Below, piece after piece: positions 18,301 through 24,759 of a stretch of DNA of 64,000 bases (its first letter is position 1; each line of letters opens with the position of its first letter). The position numbers and the translations under genes were made by a program. Source of the stretch: Candidatus Scatosoma sp. GTDB lineage: Bacteria; Bacillota; Clostridia; Christensenellales; Borkfalkiaceae. The notes below the pieces were generated by a model. The model was not told the DNA's origin, ran no database searches, and was given only the letters and a program-made list of their open reading frames with translations. The stretch lies in contig JAZKZY010000122.1 of assembly GCA_045612895.1 (NCBI GenBank), positions 4,171 through 68,170 on the forward strand. Reading direction: 5' to 3'.

Positions 18301-19597
18301 TGCGGTAACGGTAGGGGAAACCTTGAGCGTTAGCGTAGCAATCGACGGCGTATATGTAGCAAACGCAAACGGCTTGACTGCAACTTTGGGTGACAAGGTT
18401 GGTATGACAAGCGTAGCTGGTACAAACACCCTTGCTGATTATAAAACGGGCGATATTAAGAAGCCTATCCTTTACTGGCAAGGTAAAGAAATCTATTACT
18501 ACAATGTGAAAGACAGTGTTCCTGCGGATGAAACCTTCCTTCGTGCGGCAAGCGCAATGGATGCGAACGACGGCGTTCTCATGGGTGATGCGATCTCCGT
18601 TATTTGGCAGGAAGGCGCTATCGTAGATGGCAAATTGCAGGAAGGCGCTTGGACGGTTGCAATTTCCGCCGTTGACAAGAATGGTAATTTCGCAAGCTAT
18701 GCAATTCAAGTCGTTGTGGAAGATGAAGGCCGCGTATCCGTTACTTTTGACGGCGTGGAATCGGAAAAGTCCTATTATATCGGCGACTTGATTGATGAAC
18801 CTGCAACGCCTACGAAAGAAAATTGTAAATTTGTTGGTTGGTATAATGGCGATGTGAAGTGGGACTTCGTGAACGACGTTGTAAAGGGCGACGTTGCATT
18901 GACCGCGAAATTTGCGCCCATTGACGTTACGGCAACATATACCATCGTAATTGAAAGCGCAGGCTTGGCTGAAAATTATAGCTATAGCTTCCAGCTTACG
19001 TATGGAGCAACCCTTACGGACGCTTTGTTTGCGCGTGAGGGCTATTCCTATGAAATCTTTGTAGGTGAAACGAAGATGGATGGTATTTTGGTGGAAGGGG
19101 ATACGACCTATACGGTAGTTTATACGGAAATTGTGGTTGATCCTACGCCTGATCCTGATCCTACACCGGATCCCGATCCTACGCCTGATCCTGATCCTAC
19201 GCCTGATCCCGATCCTACACCTGATCCCGATCCTACACCGGATCCTGATCCTACGCCTGATCCCGATCCTACGCCTGATCCTGATCCTACCCCGGATCCC
19301 GATCCTACACCGGATCCCGATCCTACGCCTGATCCCGATCCTACGCCTGATCCTGATCCTACGCCTGATCCCGATCCTACGCCTGATCCCGATCCTACGC
19401 CTGATCAACCTGAAGAACCGAAGGATTCCGCAAATGATTCTACGGAAGATAAGAAGGACAGCGCAAGCGATACGCAAAGCACGAGTGATACGGCTAGTGA
19501 AAAGAAGGGCTGTTTCGGTACGGCAACCGCTGGCGTTATGGGTATTATCACCTTGAGTGGTGCGGCTTTGGCTATGAAAAAGAGAAAGGAGGATTGA
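15377..19597 (+). CDS. Giant membrane-anchored surface protein (1406 aa)
   Basis: RBS AAGGGAGG. Signal peptide with GGVFAFSQTAQA. One CBM-like module, two WNNY/NLDxxF modules and about three xEGxxF...G.W modules. A DUF5011-like Ig module (DIKKPILYWQG ... AISAVDKNGN) and a Listeria-Bacteroides-repeat-like module (FVGWYNGDVKWDFVNDVVKGDVALTAKF) follow. It ends with a (TPDPDP)14 linker, an acidic Ser/Thr spacer, GCFG, a TM helix and KKRKED. Confidence 0.85.
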   Translation: MKTIQKKLMAMLLSVAAIACVGAGGVFAFSQTAQATAEVTLENEFTNNGQFSVSKYNGAVPFEYVDGTAEGLPAGYTGSVLKLTTVSGVAYANFDFSAAKINASLVDSIVVRIYSPGYTAADEFRTNVATDGSQQVLYGTGAYDMSSWCDITLNATSLSTMTDANGNLAFVSVGARVKGGATVYYIDSITVNMKETKEVTFTGINSWWNNYVHDEMACSILEFSGGIGIGGLDGNYSDVYEKATLNGKPVDKSNLDFVCRKWVDGQGDSIVMRWKTLPAAGSILHIPAGATFKNGGEDTNIYSISKDIYLQYNGTIWVPCEAPVVVETVPVSFNKLHEQWNNYPHDGANCTFLQFDGGITGNGNLDANFSDLLTNMTINDAAVDTNNVSFYCPNWIGASGGIIMRLGTNPEAGAVLHIPAGTTFNIGGTDTNVYEVTEDVNLKFDGTAWAPYVPYGTPNFADVIPEMVGPWTWNHSTAEPSIIKDANYGYTIIGSWPMEASSENLAATDTLTSRSITLNGKSFYELYQEDDGYRLNSIILYFGFSVPTSALVASNGYEYPTIEIAEGTPFYAGNYLPKTTIIYKDGAWQLKPEESVEPELPELDYTPDFISVGDINHMDNEELGSYGLSLKYNTLGFTTADKQVMAASNSGFTLNGEALNVALWGDNQLLFWMKKDKCAAGYNGYSHATLEIADGAKITNEAGDEYTFSANTLYLVNSAWTTEKPADYEIVLPDPLPYKGTANIWNNWVSNGLSQTILEFGTHGVDFLGNAADPTNYAKGKYGAPIATALTINGKTIAELYERDNNVTVSYAHGNNYLYIAVPEYLLATNGNGCTTLHIADRTTFLNALLPEVTLYLYKGQWTTEKPATVETEDTEYTTVSTLLGENEKTLNAGEKVEGISTKDSMVYKFLMKNDRADNEVIFSTHYDTENTGVKVVFTGDSATASERVTLYVNGEEVANDTYLWTANEWFSVRVAVTVGETLSVSVAIDGVYVANANGLTATLGDKVGMTSVAGTNTLADYKTGDIKKPILYWQGKEIYYYNVKDSVPADETFLRAASAMDANDGVLMGDAISVIWQEGAIVDGKLQEGAWTVAISAVDKNGNFASYAIQVVVEDEGRVSVTFDGVESEKSYYIGDLIDEPATPTKENCKFVGWYNGDVKWDFVNDVVKGDVALTAKFAPIDVTATYTIVIESAGLAENYSYSFQLTYGATLTDALFAREGYSYEIFVGETKMDGILVEGDTTYTVVYTEIVVDPTPDPDPTPDPDPTPDPDPTPDPDPTPDPDPTPDPDPTPDPDPTPDPDPTPDPDPTPDPDPTPDPDPTPDPDPTPDPDPTPDPDPTPDQPEEPKDSANDSTEDKKDSASDTQSTSDTASEKKGCFGTATAGVMGIITLSGAALAMKKRKED
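19145..19396 (+). repeat. 14 tandem 18-nt units encoding (TPDPDP)14
   Basis: The period-18 repeat ACGCCTGATCC(T/C)GATCCT runs from 19145 to 19396, with synonymous wobble variation between units. Confidence 0.95.
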
Positions 19598-19601
19598 TAA
19601 A

Positions 19602-21299
19602 ATGAAAAAGTCAATAAAAACGTTGATTGCGGTCGTATGTGCGGGCGTTACAACTGCTGGTGTTGTTGGCGGTGTAATGTTGGGCACGAAAACGAATGCG
19701 GAAAACAATCCTTTGAACTTCTCTTCCGCTATTCGCGCGGTGACTCCTTATGAAGGCGCCACCCTCAACTTTAACACCCGTGAAATCAATGCATGGTGGA
19801 ATAGCGAAGGGCTTGACTTAACCTATTTGAATACTTTGTTCGAATATACGACTGGACATCAAGAATTTTTGAGCTGTGTAAACGATACTTCGGCGGAAGG
19901 CGTTGCTCGTTTATTAGAAATTTATAAAGAAAACGATGCATTCCAACCCGTGAACAACGTGTTGAAATGGTCGGATGACTTGAATGGCGTTGCATCGTAC
20001 ACGGTACGTGTGGCGCTGGACAGTCAGTTTACAAAGACGGTACAAAAGGTAGAAAACGCGGATAAATCGGAAGGCGTTGTCCTTGAAAATCCGTTTATGG
20101 ATACCGAATATTACTGGCAAGTCATTGCAACGATGAACGATGGCGGTAAAACTTATTCGCCCGTATTCTCTTTTGAAACGGACGCAGGCGTTCGTACGAT
20201 TGAGCTTGAAGGCGTTTCCAACACGCGTGACCTTGGCGGTTTTGAAACCGCCTATGGCTACGTGCAACAAGGCCTTGTATACCGTTCGGCTCGTTTGGAA
20301 ACGATGACCGAAAAGGGCAAGGATGCGTTTGACAACCTTGGCATTAAGAGTGATTTGGATCTTCGTGGTACAAATGAAGCAAGCAATGCTCCTAATACGT
20401 ATGACCCCTTAAGTCTTGGTGAGCAATATTTCGTATTCGATACGCCTTATTACGTATCGGGTGTGGGAACGCGCACAGACAGCAGTACCTATCTCAACAA
20501 CAGCAATAACTTTGAAAACGTGAGAAAGATCATGTCGGTATTTGCAGAAAAGGATAATTATCCTATTGATATGCATTGTTCGGTAGGGCGTGATAGAACG
20601 GGTACAATGGCAATTGTATTAAAGGCATTGCTTGGTGCAACAAAAGAGGAAGCGAAGAAAGATTACTACACTTCCATGTTCGCAACCACGGGTGCATGGA
20701 GTAAGGGGACAACGGAAACGCAAGAAACCGTTGTTGAAAACATTTTCACGTACCTTGATACGTTTGCAGGGGAAACGCTTGCGGATAAAACGGCGAGCTA
20801 TCTTATCGGTTGCGGCGTAACGCAGGAACAAATCGACAATATCCGCAATATTATGCTTGGCAAAGAAGGTTACGAGGTAGAAACCGTGAAGACCTTCAAG
20901 GATACGGACAACTACGAAGGCTACGCATTTGTTACCTTTGAAAATTATGGGGTAAAAACGCAGGTTGCTGTGGTTGTATGCGGCGAAAAAGTGGTTGCGC
21001 CTTACGCGCTTGAGGAGGGTGCTGCTTGGATGTTGAACGGTGAAGCGTTTGACTTTGAAACGATCATCACGGGCGACATCACTTTGACGGCTACGAAAGC
21101 GGAATATTGTACCGTTACGGTAAAACCCGTTGCTGGTGGCGAAAGCTACACGGTGCAAGTGATAAAGGGCAACGCGTTTGATTTCTCTACGCTTGAAAAA
21201 GACGGCTACAACGTAATGGTATTCACGGAAAACGGTGAACTCGTTACGTCGTACATTGTAGAAACGGATTGCTTATTAAACGTTTTATATACAAAATAA
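19602..21299 (+). CDS. Secreted Cys-based phosphatase (CX5R, tyrosine-phosphatase-3-like) with N-terminal FN3-like and C-terminal beta-repeat modules
   Basis: RBS AAGGAGG. N-terminal signal/anchor helix. GVSNTRDLGGFET ... LVYRSARL and the P-loop MHCSVGRDRTGT (HCxxGxxRT). The tail resembles the Listeria-Bacteroides repeat. Confidence 0.75.
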   Translation: MKKSIKTLIAVVCAGVTTAGVVGGVMLGTKTNAENNPLNFSSAIRAVTPYEGATLNFNTREINAWWNSEGLDLTYLNTLFEYTTGHQEFLSCVNDTSAEGVARLLEIYKENDAFQPVNNVLKWSDDLNGVASYTVRVALDSQFTKTVQKVENADKSEGVVLENPFMDTEYYWQVIATMNDGGKTYSPVFSFETDAGVRTIELEGVSNTRDLGGFETAYGYVQQGLVYRSARLETMTEKGKDAFDNLGIKSDLDLRGTNEASNAPNTYDPLSLGEQYFVFDTPYYVSGVGTRTDSSTYLNNSNNFENVRKIMSVFAEKDNYPIDMHCSVGRDRTGTMAIVLKALLGATKEEAKKDYYTSMFATTGAWSKGTTETQETVVENIFTYLDTFAGETLADKTASYLIGCGVTQEQIDNIRNIMLGKEGYEVETVKTFKDTDNYEGYAFVTFENYGVKTQVAVVVCGEKVVAPYALEEGAAWMLNGEAFDFETIITGDITLTATKAEYCTVTVKPVAGGESYTVQVIKGNAFDFSTLEKDGYNVMVFTENGELVTSYIVETDCLLNVLYTK

Positions 21300-21314
21300 C
21301 AATGAGGGAACAAC

Positions 21315-22166
21315 ATGAGCACAGCTAAAAGAGTCGCTTCCCATAAAAAATATCTGATTGTCACCTGTGTAATCTTTTGCATTTACACGGTGCTGCTGAT
21401 ATTCCCGGAAGTGTGGCTATTTATCAATTCATTTAAGGATTATATCGAGTTTTCCGAATCGCCTTGGGCATTGCCGAAGACGATACAATGGAGCAATTAC
21501 GCCTTTATTTTCGACAGTTTTAATATGGGCGAAGCGTTTATAAACTCGTTGATACTTTGTTTGGCTTGTCCGACGGCGACAATTATTTCAACAACTTGTG
21601 CCGCTTACGCCTTGTCAAAGTTTAACTTCTACGGCAAAAAGTTCTTGTACTTTATGCATATTTTGCCGATGATGGTATGCATCACGGGTTCGACGTCGAC
21701 GTTGTACATGTTCTTCAACGACTTGCAAATCTACGATACGTTTTTCGGTATGATTTGGTCGAACGCAGGCGGTACGGGTATGAATTTCTTGCTGGTATAT
21801 GCGTTGTTTAGAAACGTGTCGCGTACCTATATGGAAGCTGCGGAAATTGACGGCGCAAGTGATTTTACCGTATTTGTACAAATCATGGTGCCGCAGGCGG
21901 TTGGTATTATCGGTACGTTGTGGATGCTCGGCTTTATCGGATGTTGGAATGAATATGCATCTTATCAATTATTCCTTCCTTCGCATCCTACGGTGTCGAC
22001 GGCGTTGGTATTTATACAAAACAACGTTACGCAGGGGCTTTATGCAAACCATTATCCCGAATTTTTCGCGGCGATTATGATTTCCGTTATCCCCGTTATC
22101 GCAATCTTCTTGGCATTCCAAGAACAAATTATGCAAATGTCGCTTGGCGGCGGTATTAAAGGTTAA
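21315..22166 (+). CDS. Carbohydrate ABC transporter permease (MalG-like, CUT1)
   Basis: Six hydrophobic segments and the EAA loop MEAAEIDGASDFTVFVQIMVPQA. Confidence 0.85.
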   Translation: MSTAKRVASHKKYLIVTCVIFCIYTVLLIFPEVWLFINSFKDYIEFSESPWALPKTIQWSNYAFIFDSFNMGEAFINSLILCLACPTATIISTTCAAYALSKFNFYGKKFLYFMHILPMMVCITGSTSTLYMFFNDLQIYDTFFGMIWSNAGGTGMNFLLVYALFRNVSRTYMEAAEIDGASDFTVFVQIMVPQAVGIIGTLWMLGFIGCWNEYASYQLFLPSHPTVSTALVFIQNNVTQGLYANHYPEFFAAIMISVIPVIAIFLAFQEQIMQMSLGGGIKG

Positions 22167-22195
22167 GAAAATATTGTAAAAATAGGAGAAATATT

Positions 22196-23710
22196 ATGAA
22201 GAAAAAGATTTTATCTATGGCGCTTGCCGCTGTAACGGCATGTTCGTGTGTCGGTGTTTTGGGTTCCTGCAAGGGCGGTAATGATGCAAAAGAAAACGAA
22301 TTGACCATTCGTTTTTATAACGGTGGTTATGGCGATGAATGGTTGAAGGATTCCTTGGATGACTTCTGCGCAACGAAAGAAGGGGTTACCTATAAATTAA
22401 TCCCCGATAACAATATTACCTATCAGGCGAATTTGTATTTAAAAACGAACGTGCCCGACATCATTATGTCGAATGGTAACTGGAAAGGTTACGTACAGGA
22501 CGGGTTGGTGGAAGATTTGACCTCCGTATATGAAACGGAAGTAGAAACCTCCACTGGCAAGAAAAAGGTTAAGGACTACATTGACGAAAACGTAATGAAA
22601 CAGTTTACCCGTCAAAAGATTTATGGTCGTGGCGAAGCGCTTACGTGGGCTATGCCTTGGGCATCGCAGGTATTGTCGCTTGCTTACAATGAAACCATCT
22701 TGCTTTCCACCACGCACAAAGAAGGCAACCCTTTCATTGTAGAAGGATTGACCGCAGGTGCAACCTGGACGCATGAACCTTACACCGTAAACGAATTGAT
22801 GGCATATTTGACCGACGTTCGTATGGCAAACAACGGCATCACGCCTTGGGGTTATTCGGTTGACTACCTCAACTGGTATGACGCATTGTTCTACGTATGG
22901 TGGGCAGAATTGCAGGGCATGTACGAGCCGAATAAATATATCAACGAAGGTTGCTTCTATGATTTCTTCAACATGGAAAGTACTGAACTTGTAAAACAAA
23001 GCGGTTATAAAGAAGCGTTGGAAATCGTTCGTAAGATTATCGTTGACGATGAAGGTAAGCTTTACAACTCCAACAACGAAGGTAGTATGACTAAAGAAAA
23101 GATGCAGGAAAACTTTGCAAAGGGCAATATCGCTGTTTGCTTGGTTGGTGACTTCTTCGAAAAAGAATACAAAGCGTTCATGTCGGAAAATAACGTTATC
23201 AAATTGATGTTTATCCCTACGGCTGACGGTGCGGAAACAAAGGACGATGGCACGGCGAAGAAATTGACCTACGTACAGACGGATAACGTTATGTATGTAC
23301 CTGCAAACGCAACGAATAAAGAGTTGGCTAAAGAATTCCTTGCATTCCTTTGCAACGAAGAACAGCTCTTAAACTTCTCAAAATCGACGGGTGTTGTACG
23401 TCCTTTCGATTACAACCCTTATGAACTTGCTAATGATTTCGCTTGGACGGATTTCCAAAAATCCACCTTCAACATTTACTATAATGCAGATGATCACGTT
23501 ATCAAATATCCTTTGACCGCAACGAACGTTTCTCCCATCTATCTCTATCAAGATGTTTCTATGTTTATGGGCGTAGAAGGTTCGACGGTATTTGGCGAAT
23601 TTAGATCGACGCCCGTAGATCAGGCATCGGATCGTATTGTTAACCGCGTTTACACGCAATTAAAGAAGAGCTTTGCAGAGTGGAACGAATATTACGGCTT
23701 AGATCTCTAA
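22196..23710 (+). CDS. Extracellular solute-binding lipoprotein of a sugar ABC transporter
   Basis: Signal peptide with lipobox VLGSC. Its size (504 aa) and position between the two permeases fit. The sequence is typical of large family-1 sugar-binding proteins. Confidence 0.8.
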   Translation: MKKKILSMALAAVTACSCVGVLGSCKGGNDAKENELTIRFYNGGYGDEWLKDSLDDFCATKEGVTYKLIPDNNITYQANLYLKTNVPDIIMSNGNWKGYVQDGLVEDLTSVYETEVETSTGKKKVKDYIDENVMKQFTRQKIYGRGEALTWAMPWASQVLSLAYNETILLSTTHKEGNPFIVEGLTAGATWTHEPYTVNELMAYLTDVRMANNGITPWGYSVDYLNWYDALFYVWWAELQGMYEPNKYINEGCFYDFFNMESTELVKQSGYKEALEIVRKIIVDDEGKLYNSNNEGSMTKEKMQENFAKGNIAVCLVGDFFEKEYKAFMSENNVIKLMFIPTADGAETKDDGTAKKLTYVQTDNVMYVPANATNKELAKEFLAFLCNEEQLLNFSKSTGVVRPFDYNPYELANDFAWTDFQKSTFNIYYNADDHVIKYPLTATNVSPIYLYQDVSMFMGVEGSTVFGEFRSTPVDQASDRIVNRVYTQLKKSFAEWNEYYGLDL

Positions 23711-23773
23711 TTTGCTATTTTGATCTTCATTTGAACAGTTAAATTTAAAATTTTATCATTTAAGGTAGACATT

Positions 23774-24751
23774 ATGGAAGGAATGAATAACTCCTTACAA
23801 CTGAATAGTGGTGTAGGCAAGCTGAAGAAAAGAATCAACTGGAAGCGTGGTTTATTTTTGACGGCATTGCTTACGCTGTCTGTCAGTCATTTCTTGATTT
23901 TTTGGGTGTACATGAATTTTGAAACGGTACGTTTGACCTTTTTCAAATATAATATGTATGGCGAATTGACGTTTGTAGGGTTTGAAAGATATGTAAAAAT
24001 CTTTAAGGAATTCTTCATTTTAGAAGGGCATGAATCAAACCTCAATACGTTCCTCAATACATTCCGCGCGATTATCATCAACGTGGCTATTTTCCCGTTG
24101 GCGTTATATACGGCATATTCTTTCTACAAAAAGGTATATGGGGAAAAATTTTTCAGGGTAATCTTCTATATGCCGTCCGTTATTTCAATGGTTGCGCTTA
24201 CCATGGCGTATCGCAGTATGTTTGACGGCACGATCGGTGGCCCCGTTGCGGAAATTTTCTCGTGGTTTGGTAAAAACACCAACGAATGGTTAGACGTTGG
24301 CTTGCCTGATAATACCCAAATATGGACGTTGATTTATATTTTCAGTATTTTGATGGGCTTGGGTACCAACGTAATCTTGATGAGCGGCGCTATGCTCCGT
24401 ATTCCACAGGAAATCCCTGAGGCGTTGGAAATCGATGGCTGTGGCTATTTTAGAGAGCTTTTCTCGGTTACCATTCCCTTGATTATGCCCACGATTACTA
24501 CCTGGAGTATTGCTATTTTCACCAGCGTATTTGGGTTTATGATGCAACCGATGTTGATTGCTGTTGTAGGCGGCTACGAGAACAAAGCAATGACGATTCC
24601 TTGGATGCTCTTTAACTTGGTGCAATCGCAGGGGAAAGAACACTTGTTGTATGCGGCAACTTTGGGTATCATGTTCTCGGTATTTATGTTACCTTTTACC
24701 TTGGGCATTCGTCTTATTTTGGAAAGACTTACCCCGGACGTTGATTTTTAG
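23774..24751 (+). CDS. Carbohydrate ABC transporter permease (MalF-like, CUT1)
   Basis: Polytopic membrane protein with the EAA loop PEALEIDGCGYFRELFSVTIPL. Confidence 0.85.
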   Translation: MEGMNNSLQLNSGVGKLKKRINWKRGLFLTALLTLSVSHFLIFWVYMNFETVRLTFFKYNMYGELTFVGFERYVKIFKEFFILEGHESNLNTFLNTFRAIIINVAIFPLALYTAYSFYKKVYGEKFFRVIFYMPSVISMVALTMAYRSMFDGTIGGPVAEIFSWFGKNTNEWLDVGLPDNTQIWTLIYIFSILMGLGTNVILMSGAMLRIPQEIPEALEIDGCGYFRELFSVTIPLIMPTITTWSIAIFTSVFGFMMQPMLIAVVGGYENKAMTIPWMLFNLVQSQGKEHLLYAATLGIMFSVFMLPFTLGIRLILERLTPDVDF

Positions 24752-24759
24752 GAGTAACT

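Noticed and set aside
19131-19556. An alternative-frame 141-aa ORF and the period-18 repeat, considered as a possible CRISPR-like or minisatellite element
   Set aside because: The units are contiguous with no spacers and lie in frame within a coding sequence. This is a protein linker repeat, not a CRISPR array.
17633-19708. A 691-aa ORF on the minus strand, the longest antisense ORF in the window
   Set aside because: It lies entirely antisense to the well-supported 1406-aa gene. Its product is low-complexity (RRRIGIRRRI...), generated by reading the (TPDPDP)14 repeat backwards. It has no RBS or recognisable domain.
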